A stretch of 64,000 bases of DNA from Octopus bimaculoides. Taxonomy: Eukaryota. The stretch lies in contig NC_068982.1 of assembly GCF_001194135.2 (NCBI RefSeq), positions 164,608,636 through 164,672,635 of the forward strand, read 5' to 3'. Under the pieces are notes generated by a model, which did no database searches, was not told the origin of the DNA, and worked only from the letters and a program-made list of their open reading frames with translations. How positions within the stretch are numbered: position 1 is the first letter of the stretch; the number at the start of each line of letters is the position of its first letter. The translations under genes were made by a program, and so were the position numbers. Shown here piece after piece: positions 34,890 to 48,764 of this stretch.

Positions 34890-35955
34890 ATCATAGTTCG
34901 TCCGTCGTTATTGACAATGACCAAGGACATCATATTGGAAAAGAAGACGGAGCAGGGTCAGTCCGGCTGTGATCGATCAGTGCGATACATGCTACGAAAC
35001 ACTGCTGCAGGTCCAGCATTGGTGGTCTGTTGGATCTGAAGCGCCGAGTTGAAACTGAAGTTAAGTAGTTCTCATTTTCTTTGTACCTATACAATCCGTT
35101 ACGCTCGTAGGATGTGGTAATTTTAGGCGCTAAGCAGAGCTTGTTGCGCTTGCGTTTTCAAGGTGTCGTGGTGGATCTCAAAACTCTTCAGTGAGCTTTT
35201 GAGAGTATTCTTGAACGCTGTTTCTGTCCACCTTGCATGCACTGTAAAACAATCTTTTAGGGAGTCACGTGTCAGGCAGCTGAACAAGATGGCCTACCCT
35301 CCTGTCTTGTGCTATCTTCAGCAGTGTGTAAATGCTACACAGATCTTGAGAGATAACATCTGTTTCTGGGACCCTGTGTTCCCAGGTGCTTTTCAATAGA
35401 TTTCTCAAGCAGTTTATGTGGAAGCTTTTGGAGTGGCGTTCGTAAACTGTCCAGGTCCCGCAGGCGTACTATAGCATAGTCAGCACAACTGTTTTGTACA
35501 CCATCTGCTTTGTGGCTACCCTAATTCCCTTCCTCCCTCATACTGACTCAAGTAACCGCCCGAGAGCTGAGCTTCCCTTGGCGATGTGCGATGTACTTCG
35601 TCGTCAATGTCCAAGGATCTGGAGATTGTGATGATCTCTTACATCTGGGCCTCTGCAGCGGACTTGATTGCATAGTCGTTTTTGAACAGGAAGTCACGCA
35701 CTGAGTCCTCTTCCAACCTTGTCTTAGCTTGTAGCCTCCATTGTTTGAGGGGCTTGTCATCAGTCTTGAATCTGATCTTCATGTTGGTTGTGTTTTTGTT
35801 GAGCAGTGTAGGTGCAAGAGTACAACTGTGGGAATGCGTTGGAAGAAAATCTACTGTCTAGAACCCGAGCGACCATGCACTCTTGGAACAGTCACACCAC
35901 GCTGATGAAGTTGTCTGTGCAGCCGAATTTCCCCATGATCTTTCAAATTCACAAA
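34890..35955 (-). mobile_element. RTE-clade (BovB-like) LINE, 5'-truncated: RT C-half, C-terminal zinc-finger remnant, 3' UTR
   Basis: KIMGKFGCTDNFISVV*LF..MVARVLD; CTLAPTLL; IRFKTDDKPLKQWRLQAKTRLEEDSVRDFLF..DYA (cf. RYRTDGKLFNLRRLQAKTK..ELLFADD); LDIDDEVHR; NAGPAAVF. Ends with the 3' UTR gatgtccttggtcattgtcaataacgacggacgaac. Confidence 0.85.
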
Positions 35956-38900
35956 CAAAACATGCACAAGTAAGTGCGCACTATTTCCATCGCTCGCTCA
36001 CATTTTGCCCCTAACCCTAAATCTCACTTCTACTCTGATGTACACGTGTTAATTTAGAAACTATTAGGGTCTGATGCAGTGGTACCTGAACACGTATAGA
36101 AGCACAAACTCACCAATACTAAAACTTGTATAAAACCATGTTGGAATGCAAGCTAATGTGTGTGTGCTTCAATCATTTTTATATTGCAACAAATCACTAT
36201 TATGAAGAATTACTGAAGTCAATAGAATACCATCAATGGAAAGTAGGTTTTTCACACTCTAATTTCGTTTTCAAAATTCTTTGAATACGGAACTCACTTA
36301 ATAAATATACCATACTACAATAGCTAACTGCTGCTGCAATACTTATTTGATAACAGATTGAATTATCTAAATATTTATATTAAAATTTCCATTGACTACC
36401 TATGTAGGATATTAACATTAACAGTCGATTGTATAAGTCCAATTGTGTATCACATTGCTTACGTCTAAATAGAACGATAAGAAACGGCTTAACTATGGTG
36501 AGCAAAATGTAAGAAAAAGAACGTTAAACCGTTATATTTCTCACTGTCAAATCGAAGTTCACTTTGCTGTTAATCTAGCACTGGGATACCAAAGTTCGAT
36601 ATTGACCAAGCACACTAAATTTGTCATACAGATTGGGTACCAACTTTTACAACTCTTACTCGGCATCGAAGATGAATGGTAGTATGTACAAATTGTTTTA
36701 GGCATCAACGTAGTCACGAACAAACACATACATGCTCCGCTCTAGCCCATGCTGGACATCCACAATGTGACAGTGGACGGGTAAGAGAATTGCACTCGCA
36801 CTAACTTAGTTTTCACTCACCGAAATAAGACTGAACAAGTTGAAATGCTTTCTCAATAACAGAAACTATCATCTTCCGCGGGAATCGAATCCTCGACATT
36901 ATGATAGAAATCTTGAACCACGTGCGCCTTCACGAATACTAGGCCGTTAATACCGCTTCCAATTGTAAAGTTTTTCAAACAGATGCTGATTATGATTTTG
37001 TTTCAGTAGCAGTCCGCTATCATTTTCAGTTGTATTCGTCTCAGTGAAAAGAACCTATATAATTTATAATGTAGCATAAATCTATTTGATAAAACAATCC
37101 CTTTTACCGCAGAGGAGAATATCAATACAGTATAAGCGTAAGTTAAGAAGAAATTCTAGAAAGATCTGCAGTTTACAATAAGAAATATTGCTGTACGAAC
37201 AAAAAGTGAAAAAGATATTCGTGAAAGATAAAAAAAAAGAAAAAGATACACGCACACACAGAAACAACAGATAATGGGAAACTAATACAAACAACTTCAT
37301 TTTAGGACCACTTTTAAGAAATGAAATTCTTTCAGGTTTACAGATAATGTTATAACATTCTAAACACATGCTATGTTATCAGAATTCAAATGTATCGTAG
37401 ATTCGTAGTAAGCTGTTCAATGTATGCTGTTATTTTTCAAGGATTATAGTTACATATAGACATATATTTTGCTACACATATTTAGTAAGAAAAAAAAATG
37501 CTAATAGCCAATGGACGAGTAAAATAAATAAAAAGGAAATACATCTTAAGAAAATATGTATTAAGGCAAATAATTGTTTTCTCCATATCTTTGGTGAATT
37601 ATATTCATTCTTCCACAGTGTATTGTTGCTTTCCAATTTCTAGCTTCACTAAATTTCCCTTATAATGGTACAACATTCATGCACGGTTCTTTCAACTTAA
37701 AAGCTAAAGGTGTAATTCACTGACCACACGTATCATTACTGACATTTTATTTGGAATATTCTTGATACATTGATTTATCATACACCTCAGATAATAGAAA
37801 GGCTTTCCTACAAATCTGAAGCATAAGCACGTATGTGCATGCATACATACGTATGTGTGTGTGTACTTATATATATATATATATATATATATGTACATAT
37901 CCATACATATACATTAACATACACACACACACACGCATACATGTATGAATGTATGTGTTGTAGGAAAAATAAAAGAGCTTGACTATGTTTCTTTCATATT
38001 CCTTATCATAGAAATTTAATATATGTGATATTTTATGTCATTTTTCTTTCAAGACTCACAAAGAAACTAAATATGACGTTTAGCATTAGTTTCTTTCACT
38101 GCGATATGCTGTTTGTAAGTTACAATTTACATTTCATTTTGCTATACTCATACCTACTAAGTCTAATCTTAGGAATTTCTTGTTCATATTCTTTGTCATA
38201 TGGTTATGTTATGTTATGTTTTGTGTTTTTCTATACATTTTTGTCATAGCCGAGTGCTGTATATGATCGTTCATTTTTATACATATTCGTTCAGAAAATA
38301 AACTACATTACACGTCTGCATCATATGTGTATGAATGTGTATANNNNNNNNNNATATATATATATGAAGATTATTAAGGGTATTGGAGTCAACCAAACCC
38401 TAAAGATACAGGTAATACCGAGTAAGTGCTGTATACCGACTAGTTTTGCCCCTGTCGTTGTAGCAACATGAGTGGGGAATATAACATAGGTCGTGTATTA
38501 GCGTGTGTATGTATAAAGAAAGAAAAGGATAAAGAGACCAATGACAAGGCTAGAATTATATTTTATGTATAAAGTCTTACAGTTGTTTCAGGGAAAATCC
38601 AATGTATCCCTTCATCGGAGACGGTAATAGTAGAAGCATGAATTATTACATCTATAAGAGGAGATTTGTAGTAAGAAGGGAGAGCGATGCGCAGAAGAAA
38701 GAACAACGAATAAACAGTACTTAGAGTGTAGTTCCATTCCAGAAGTAAACATCCATGTAAAGAATCCTTGTGGGTATTTTCCGGAGATAATTGTAGTACT
38801 GCATTTAAACAAAAATAATAATATTTGGTTAGAAATGGAGAGTGCAAGAAATCTTAATTCTTTAAAATTATACCAGAACTGAAAGAAAAAAATCGCTATA

Positions 38901-39909
38901 TTCATAGGTGGCAATGATGAAGAAAAAATGGGAGAAACAATTCGGAATTTACGCTAATTAAAAGCAAAGCGATAACTCTAGACAGGTTTTTGTTTAATTA
39001 TACCTCGTCAGAAAAAATTCAAAGTGTATTGCTAGATATTGGAATGACTCGAACGATTATAGGTATTTCCTGTATGGAAGCTAGGTAATTGACCTTATAT
39101 AACTGAATGACTGCATAAGTAGGATAACTCATGCTTCTGTATGAGAAGCATTGGATAAAACAAATACTAAAATAATTGATGAAGTAAACCAAGAAAATAC
39201 AAATGTAATTTATAGCCATAATGATGATTCACAATCATTAATATCATTATTGATTCTGGTCAGAGGAACCAGAATTTAAGTTTTTTTTAAAATCTTTTTG
39301 TAAATGGATTAATTGTCAAATATAGTACGGAGTGAGATTGATCTTTGGCATGCATCAGTTTTATTCTGCAAAATTTACTGTTACTCAAATAAAATGTTGC
39401 TATAATGTGTAATTATTAAAAGAATTGAAATAAAACACTCGAGTCCACAATTCCATTAACTATTTTGCCAAATAGCTAATACAACGCACATGAACAAAGC
39501 AAACAGACATACATAAACATATGCAAGGACACACATATATTGGCACATAAATAAACATACACTCATGTTTGTGTATAAGTGTCTGCTTAGTTTTACTAAT
39601 GAAAAAATACAAGAAATCCATTAGAATATTTGTAGATTTGTTTATACACACGCGTGCGCAGGCGTCTCGCATTTTTCGTTGCTATACTGATGAAGGGACT
39701 TTCGTGTTTGTGTTCATTTGTATTGTATTTATTCATTTTATATTTATAGATCTTTATCGTCCCTGTGTCCTGACGTATTTATTCGTTCATTTCTTCAGTC
39801 AGTTATGTATACGCACACACACACACATACATACATGCATACATACACACAAACACACATACATACATATATATGTAACCATGTATATATGTATGAGTGC
39901 GTATATATG

Positions 39910-39942
<33 letters not shown>

Positions 39943-40859
39943 GTGTGTGTGTGTGTGTTTGTATGCATGTATGAATGAAAGATTGAACGAATGAAACGTT
40001 TAGCGCATAGGGATGACAAAGGACTATAAATGGAAAACTAAATCCCCGATATCTATAGTCCTTTACTCTGTATATTTTGATAGATTCTTTTATTTTCATA
40101 CGCTTTGTGAAATTACTGGGAATTGCTACTTAAGAGGAGAGTGTACTGCTTTAGGGGAGAGAATCACTTCTAAATTTTTTTTTTCGCGTTGAGAAATCAT
40201 TATTAAACAGTGTAAAGAGCATACATATATTTCCATATAACTCTTTAAGTTTTCATGAGAAAATATTCTTAAAGTCTCTGTTAGCTGTGGCTAGTATTGT
40301 TTCGTCCACTTTCTGGACTATTCAGCAACACATAACACAAGATTTTGAAATTAGTTTATCTAAATTTATTGAAAAATTCAAAACGATCTATCTCTGTTCT
40401 TTTTTTTTTCTCTCCTAACAGTAGGAAAATGTTCTCTAAATGTCTTGCATGTTTTTTTAAAAATTGTTCCAGTATAGATTTGCATGTGTAATGATTCTTT
40501 CTGTAGTTACATTTAATCACTTCAATGCGGACGTATACACAAGCCCTCGTAATCTGCACGATGGAAATAAGGAACTTCTGCTTGTATTTTGATGTTGCGT
40601 TATCTACCGGAATGATTAAAGCCAATATAATTTTGTCTTATCTCGCCATGAAACTTTGTCTCAGTTTCTACTGATAACATTTGAAATCTGAACAGTGTTT
40701 CAAGGACACGAAGTGGATTTACTGGGAGTTAGTACTTAAAGCGAGAGAATCGCTCCTAAGTCTATTGTTTACATATTTATATGTATATACACATTTATAC
40801 TCCTTCTGTTCACATCATTATCTATATATCTGTATATCCGTAAACAACCGTATCTTAGG

Positions 40860-41392
40860 GTGAATGGGGGCAAATGTGTGAGTACGTATATGTGGATGAG
40901 TGTGTGTGGTGTGTGGTGTGTGTTGTGTGCGTATGGACGTGTGTATATGTGTGAGTGTGTGCATGGACGTGTTAATTTAAGTGTGTGAGGCTAACGCACG
41001 TGTGTGTGTGTTGTGTGTAGCAGTTAATGTGTGCTTGTTCAGGTGAGGTGTGCACATGTGTATGTGTGTGTGTGCATGTCTGCGACCAAATAGTGTGCAT
41101 GTGTATAGTGTAAGTTTGTGGGCGAAAGTTATGTGTGTTTATGCGTGTTGCGTATGCTTATGTCTGTGCTCGGGTATTATGTGCTTGTGTGGGTATCGGA
41201 GTGTACATGATGTTGTGTAGTGTGTGTGTGTGTACTTAGTTAGACTATGTGTGACTGTTCGTACAGTGGTATGTATGGGGACGCTACTGAAATTGTGTGT
41301 GGGTGTGTCGATAACGGTGTGTGGATGTGTGAATAATGGTATGTGGTGAGGGTACTGAGAAGTGTTCAGTAATAGTGTGTGTGGAGAAAAAA

Positions 41393-41424
<32 letters not shown>

Positions 41425-41665
41425 ATAGTGTGTAAAGGGAGTAATGAGTTTAACAGTGTGGTTGGATATTTGTATAGTAGTGGTGTGTGTGTGTGGTGAG
41501 TGTACCGAGCCAGGCAGTATGCAGGCATGTAGGTGGAGGGAGCAGTTGAATGTGGGAGGTGTGTCGGAATCCGTGTGGGGTTTGTGTCAGATGAAGAGAA
41601 GTAATGAATTGAGCCCATAAAGCGCAAAAGAACGAAGAGGGAAGATTAATAGAGATAAGTCAGTA
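40860..41665 (-). mobile_element. Probable Penelope-like element 3' end plus long CA-rich degenerate tail
   Basis: Minus translation DLSLLIFPLRSFALYGLNS (~41655-41600) matches the LIFxLxTxxPxGLN end of PLE GIY-YIG domains. It is followed by about 700 bp of degenerate CA-rich sequence. Confidence 0.5.
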
Positions 41666-42329
41666 GACATGTGTGCATATGTGTGTGAATGTAGTAAACT
41701 TGCCGAATTTTTACCAAAGAAGAATGTCTTTGGTACAAAAGCACTGTACCATAATAAACAAAAGCGAGTCGAGCAAAGTTAAATAACATGTAAGAAAGAT
41801 ATGAAATACGACTTAACATAAGTAACATTTGTCAGACAGTGGTAAAATTCTTCCCAAAATCGGTAAATAAAGCAACTGAATGTTACACTTAAATATATTG
41901 TAAAAGCTATGTTTCTTTTTACCCAATTTAAATCTGTTAACATTCGTATAATGTCATATTTAAATAAAATACTGAATAATCTGCTAGAGAGTCATTTCTC
42001 TCAAACAGAAAACTTTACAATCTATTTTGAGATATGTGAAATATGTAAAACCATTAACACAGTATGAATAATATAACATCTTTAACAGATGACTAAAAAT
42101 CGAATTTTAGGACCGATGCTCAAACACACACACTCAAACCCCTACACTGACTTTCCGACATTCCCCCTGCGGGTGGGTGGAGGTAATTTACCAGAGAAAA
42201 TTTAACTAAGAGAAATAAAATTGAAGGAATGCAGTAAAATATTTCGGGGCTAAAACTCGATTTTTACTCTTCTATTAAAGATGCCATATTATATTATCTA
42301 TACTGTTAGTTGTTTTGTATAACCTACTT

Positions 42330-42590
42330 GAGCTTGTTCGTAGCTTCTTCCCCATTCTTGGCACCCAACCTGTCTCTTTTCCTAGCTCTCAATCACGTTG
42401 CTGCATCAGCCTCTCTAACAGACCTATCCTCACCAGCACTCACCCCCCATTATAGTTGATTCATTCCCTTGCACCTCCAGCAATGTAATCCACTGTATCT
42501 TCTGCTGACTGTAATTTCCTGTACACTGGTCAAACTGGTTGCATGCACTTAGCCAATCACTTTATCGGGCGTCTCCGGGACATCGAACTA
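42330..42590 (+). mobile_element. Penelope-like GIY-YIG endonuclease fragment
   Basis: DSFPCTSSNVIHCIFC*L.NFLYTGQTGCMHLANHFIGRLRDI (cf. SFTCTSSNVIYCIxCxxCxxLYIGQTGRxLxxRFxEHLRDI). Confidence 0.85.
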
Positions 42591-43626
42591 AAACAAAGAA
42601 TACACACACACATATCAATTCCATTCAACAGCTCCGTATACACACCAACGGATCACAGGGTCACATATACTCATATATACATGTATAAACACGCACAATA
42701 TTCACGCATAAACACGCATAATACACGAGTGTCACACCCACACACACACCCACACACACACACACACATACAAACACACACATTAGGCACAAACACACGT
42801 ACGTACGCATATGTCCGACTGCCTTTTGAATACACCTAAAAACGACAAAAGAACACAAACACGATCATGTTACATCACCATTGGTGGTAGTAACGCCAAC
42901 ATCACGACTAGGGATGGCTACAACAACGACAGCAGCCGCTGCGATATCGCTAGGCTCACGCCTCGTAATGATACCAACACCGATGGCAGTACCAGAGACA
43001 CCACGACAACGTCTCTTGACCTAGAGTCAACCGAAGATACACCGGAAATGTGAGCACAACCAGCACCAAAGTCTGAAAATATATCACATCAGCGGGGAAG
43101 GCCTTGAAGTGGTGCCTGTACAAAGAAAATTCCTCTTTCAGGATTCCGGAAACACGATTCGTTACATCCCTGGCCATCCGCCTGTGGCGCCTCTAAGATG
43201 AAGGGACGCAGGTTTTGTATAGCTGAGCGAACGAGTAACCTCAAAGAGTTCCCGAAACTATAGTTACTAAACTCTTGCCAGGACAGTTATAGTCTCTGCA
43301 TCCATTTCAAGTGTTACCTGCTGCAAGCATAGGATTCCCCGTTCTCAGATTAGACCTGGAAAGGCCCTTACAAGCTAGAGGCAGCCCAAGGGCAAAATTC
43401 CTTCCTTTCCGTCTTGATCCAGAGGAATTAGTCTATGAGAGACAACCCGTCTTCGCCGACCCGGTATGTTTATTCTCTAGTGATTTACTAACCAACTGAC
43501 CGTAATGGACTCCTGCCTTCTAGAGATGAAGACTTATACTTGTCTTCGGCTTTAGAGGCCTTCTAGACGTCCAAGGGGCTAAGCTCTTTGTGGATGCGGA
43601 ACTATTTGTTACTCCTTGACCGGACA

Positions 43627-44720
43627 TTTTTTTTCTTCTTTCTTTTTGCCTTTAGCCCTCCAACGCGGAGTATAGGCCACTTATAATTGAATTCNNNNNN
43701 NNNNCATGAACGTCCCCCTTCCTCTATATCCTTTTGTATTGATCTTCGCCTCGAGTTCTTAGTCCTACCTTTCTTTCTATATCCATCTGGATTCCACTGT
43801 AAAGCACTTTTCGCTACATTTGGTGTGTCTTTTATAATTGTGCTACCAATCCACTTCCACTTTTTCTTAAATATTTGCTCCCTAATCGAAACACGCAAGC
43901 ATCTGTTGATGAATAATTGTATTTGCTTATTTCACTTAACTGTTGTTCACCATGTCTCAGCCCCATACAATAACACCGCTTTTACGTTAGTGTTAAAAAT
44001 TCTTATTTTGATCGTTATTGAAATTACCTTTGCGCCCCATACTTTTTTTAACAGGTGAAAAGCGGTCCTTGCCTTACTTATTCTTGTCTTAATATCTTCG
44101 TTGGTGCCGCATGAGAACGTTATCTTACTACTTAAATACGTAAACTCAGCTACATCCTCTAGAGCACCGGTTTCTAGTTTAATACGTTCGCTGAATTTCT
44201 TCATTAACGCGCATAATTTTTGATTTGTCGCAGTTGACTTTCAATCCTAGTTTGGCAGCTATTGCTTCTAATGTTGATGTTTTATTTTGCATATGGCTAT
44301 ATGTTTGTGAAAGTAGCACTATATCATCTGCAACGTCGAGATCTTCTAGAGCTTCTGCATCCGTCCATTCAATGCCTGTTTGGCTCTCAATAGTAGTTTC
44401 CTTCATAATCCAATCTATAACTAGTAGAAATAAAAAGGGAGAAAGTATACAGCCCTGTCGAACTCCTGTTTTTACTTCGAATTTATCCGTAGCTCCGTTT
44501 CCATGCAAGACTCGGCATGACATTCCTTGGTAAGCTGCTCTTATTATAGATATATACTTGTCTGGTATGCCGTAGTGCTGCATAATTTTCCATAAGCCTT
44601 CCCTATGTACACTATGAAATGTTTTTTCGAAATCAATAAAGTTAATATAAAGCTATGCATTCCACTCTGCTCTTTGCTCTAAGATGATGCGAAGAGTGGC
44701 GATTTGATCTACACCTGACC
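43627..44720 (-). mobile_element. RTE-clade LINE, 5'-truncated RT to 3' end
   Basis: DQIATLRIILEQ..LYINFIDFEK; HYGIPDKYISII..VKTGVRQGCILSPFLFLLVIDWIM..LEDLDVADDIVLLS; EFTYLSS..DIKTRISKARTAF..KAVLLYGAETW; KWKWIG..ALQWNPDGYRKKGR. 3' end ggcctatactccgcgttggagggctaaaggc plus an A-rich tail. Confidence 0.95.
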
Positions 44721-44942
44721 GAAAATAGACTTAACTATATAGAAATAGGTTACTGTTCTATGCATTAGATTATGTTTCCTTTTCGGTTATATGGTTATAT
44801 AATACATTGATACATTGTTATATATTTGGATAAATGCATATAGTTATATATATCTGTGTGTGTGTGTGAGTATGTGTATGTGTGTGTGTGTGTGTGTGCA
44901 TGTGTATGTGTGTGTGCGTGTGTATGCGTGTGTGTGAGTGTG

Positions 44943-45735
44943 TGCAGTCCATAGATAATTCTTTATTCTCTATATTTAACATTTTGTCCTGTTCTAGGGT
45001 TTTGCGAAATTTTTCTGGAGAACATTATTCTTCTTTGTAGTTGGGTCATTGATGACCTCTTTCTAGCATGTTGGATGTCCACATAGTGGTCATCCGTTAT
45101 ACACGTATAATACAATTTTTTCTGAATTTTCAGATTTTTTTATATGCTACGCCACTTGGTTTTAAATTGAATTAATATTCAATTTATCACCCTATCTATA
45201 TAAATAATAATTTAAATAGTTATGCTCTTCAACCGGCAACATATACTGCAATGAATTATTCTCTGCTGAATTGTTTCCAGAATTTTGCGCGCTGGAGCTG
45301 AGGCATTTTAAAAAATAGCCCCAATGTAATCGGTAAAATTATATGCAAGTCTTGTTTCATGAAGACAATTCGTGTATAATTCTGTAAATTATATTGATTC
45401 TAGAACGTCTATGCTGAGGAGAACACGGATGTTGTTACGTAAGTAAAACGTTAATGTTCTAAACTGCAGTTCATAGATAATTCTTTATTCTGTATATTTC
45501 ACAATTTGTCCTGTTCTGGTGTTTCTCGAAATTTTTCTGGAGAACATTATTTTTCTTTGTGGTTGGGTCGTTGATGACCTCTTTCCAGCGTACTGGATGT
45601 CCACCTAGTGGTCATCCGTTATACACGTGTAATACAACTTTTTCTGAATTTTCAGATTTTTTTATATGCTAGGCCACGTGGTTTTAAATGTATTTAATAT
45701 TCAATTTATCACCCTATCTATATAAATGATAATTT
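44943..45735. repeat. Direct duplication of ~271 bp (44943-45213 and 45465-45735, period 522 bp)
   Basis: The two copies align over their full length (tgcagt.catagataattctttattc...ccctatctatataaat.ataattt) with scattered substitutions. Confidence 0.93.
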
Positions 45736-45739
45736 TTAT

Positions 45740-45770
<31 letters not shown>

Positions 45771-47469
45771 CACACACACATATATATATATACATATATA
45801 TATATATGTGTGTATATATATATATGTTTATATGTGTAGATATATACACATATAATACATATGATATATATATATATATATATATATACATACATATACA
45901 CATATATACATGTATGTATGTATGATTGTGTATATATATATATATATCATGTGCGAATTTGCCATGTGCGTTAATAAAAGAAATGCAATTTATGTACATA
46001 TCTGTATACTTAACAACATGGCAAATTGAAAACAGAAACAATGAATATGTCTAAAATCTATTCAGAAGCTTTTAAATAGCGCGAGGATTATACTCCACTA
46101 ACGTAGGTGAGTGATTCCTAAGTCATTTACATATCTTTGCTCAGTGACCTTTTAGTATCTTAATCGAACATATGGCAAATAAGCAGTTCTAAATTTATGT
46201 GCCATTTGTCCTATTTGTAGCAAAGTATATTGTAGCTGGCTTGTCGTTATCTCAAAGACATTATAATTATCATCACTCCAGTCTCCAGTTACTTTATCAT
46301 TGAACGACATTAGCTATATTTAGGTAATCTGTCTATATCAATTCCATTCCCTCATAGCATTGAGACATTCAACTCTTATTTGATTCAGTACTACTTCAAA
46401 GTTTCTGTTGTTGCTAAATAAATCCCAAACTTTTAGTGTTCCAGTCATAATAATAACAATTGATACAGTCTTTCATTGAAATCTATTAAGATCTGAATTT
46501 AATGCGTTCAGAACAAGGTTTCTAAGTTCTCACCTTCCAGTTTTTAGGTCAGCTTTATGTCTGATATCGTTATATTTTCTAATGTTGCAAAGGAATGGAG
46601 AAACGTCATATTGACAGCTCTGTTCATCGTTTAGAAAGAGAAGAAACATATATGTGAAACATTATACAATAAAGCATAGAAGCAAGAGATGAAATTCCTA
46701 AAATTATTATATTTGGCATCTATGAGATGTTGAAATTCGTTTTCGTTAATCAAAAAGTTATGTGCATTATCAACAGGAAGTTACAGAAGTCGAGTTTTGC
46801 AGTAACTGGCAAATATCACGCATCCTCTGCAAGATATAGATTGAAGACCTCTATCATATTAACAATTTTATGGATTGAAAAACAAAGTTCGTTTCTCACA
46901 TTAGCACAGACCCAGAAATTTATAAACAATGATATATTTTATATGATTGACTACAGATTTTATCTAGCATTTATCGATTCAATGTAGACAAAAGTCAAAG
47001 AAAATCGATGCTGGACTTGAACTCAGCATATCAAAGGGTGCAGCCAAGTGCTACACGATGTAATTTAATGGAGTAACCAAATTTCGACCACTACTCCGAA
47101 CTTATTTTATCGTACATATTAACGAACACTTTAAACAACCTCAGAAACTGAGCCACTGTTTCAAGTAACTGGATGAAATTAAATAAAGAACATATTTTTT
47201 TTCTCAAGAAAGGAGAAAGTCTACGAAAGAATATCGCTTCGTTTCAAGTGATACTATGGAATTTCGATAGAGTCAGTTCTGAACAAACGTAACATAACAT
47301 ACATCACATACAATAGACACACTTGATACTTAGAGCAGAAATATATAAGATTAATCACTACCTGCTAATTTTCTTAAGCTATGCCGACATCACTTTTAAC
47401 TTCCTTAACCACATTCTAGAGGAAATGGCTTAAGGCATACTATAATACATAGAAGTTTTCAACTGTAGT

Positions 47470-47930
47470 GAGACATCTCAACTTTCACAAAGGTAAATAA
47501 GATACTTGCAGCAAACGGCAGAGCCAACTAACTTACATTGCATATAATTATAGTATTTGACAGGCTGCTGGATAGGGAATATCCGATTATCTGAAGAGCA
47601 ACAACTATCGCATTTCAAAACAACATGGTTATAAATTTGACAGATCGTATAGATCTATACGTCTTAAGCGATATTCTCTATGTTTTGGAAGAGGACTCAA
47701 GCGGACTTGTAATTTAACCTGACTTCAGTAGAGCTTTTGACAGTTCATCGTAGTATTACACAGTAGAAACTACTCAGCATGGGAGAAAATAAGGAAGAAA
47801 TAAGTAACATGCTGTTGAATGCAACGTATTGTATTGGAAGGAAGTCACATAGTCCCAGCAAAAGTTATTACTTACGTTCCCTGACGCACTATTTTGGGCT
47901 CACTTCCTTCAGATTTATATATAAGTTAAA
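47470..47930 (+). mobile_element. Degenerate CR1/L2-type LINE RT fragment
   Basis: FDRLL..QHGY..; LEEDSSGLVI*PDFSRAFD (cf. LEEGxxxDVIYLDFSKAFD); VLEGSHIVPAKVITYVP*RTILGSLPSDLY (cf. VVLEGSHSxxxxVxSGVPQGTVLGPLLFLIY). Confidence 0.75.
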
Positions 47931-48158
47931 GTAGATATAATCAAATATTAGAATAAATATATGTGTGTGTTTGTGTCTGTATGTATGTGTGCGTTGTGTG
48001 TATGTATATTTATATATATATATAGGGAGAATTCACAAAAAACAAATGACAGCAAACAGATGTATTAGTTTAACGCTCGGGAAGTGAAAAAGTCTGTAAC
48101 GTTTCGAGCCTCTGCTCTTGCACAGAAAGGAACACAGAAAGAAACAAGGATATATATA

Positions 48159-48193
<35 letters not shown>

Positions 48194-48292
48194 NNNNNNN
48201 NNNNNNNNNNNNNNNNNNNNNNNNNNNNNNNNNNNNNNNNNNNNNNNNNNNNNNNNNNNNNNNNNNNNNNNNNNNATACATACATACATATA

Positions 48293-48727
48293 CAGGGGTT
48301 GGAAACACTTAGCTTCATAACATCATAATTTTGAAATATCTGTAAAACCGTCAAAGCTTTGCTTATTTTTATGTGTTTCGATTTATTATTAGTGTTGCTT
48401 AATATGTTTTGCTAAACTTGCTGTTTCTTTTCAGATATCATCAGAAAAAGGTAATTAAAATTCATTAGAATGACAGATCTATCGAACTTTCAAAGAGGTC
48501 AAATTGTTGGTGCTCGTATGGCTGGTGCTAGCGTAACGAAAACAGCTGAAATGTTTGGTGTATCAAGAAATACTGTCTCGAAAGAAATCATAGCCTTTGA
48601 GAAAGAGCTAAAACCTTCTCGCCGAAACTAAACTCCGGAAGAAAACCCAAACTTTCAGATAGGGACGATCAGATTCTTACGCGAATTGTTAGAAAAGATC
48701 ACAAAAGTACAGCTTCCAAAATTACTT
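48293..48727 (+). mobile_element. Tc1-like DNA transposon, left end and transposase N-terminus
   Basis: TA|CAGGGGTT terminus. ATG at 48470: MTDLSNFQRGQIVGARMAGASVTKTAEMFGVSRNTVSK..FEKE, then after a frameshift SGRKPKLSDRDDQILTRIVRKDHKSTASKIT. Confidence 0.92.
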
Positions 48728-48764
48728 TCATATACCACCAAACAGATAACAGCACCTTATGTAG

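Noticed and set aside
36870-36935. tRNA-like B-box (ggattcgattcccg, minus strand) as a tRNA gene
   Set aside because: No cloverleaf can be folded; it is a SINE head fragment.
39676-39710. Other CTGATGA occurrences (e.g. 39687, 30451, and minus ~10020, ~460) as hammerheads
   Set aside because: None has a paired stem II followed by GAAA and a closing stem I.
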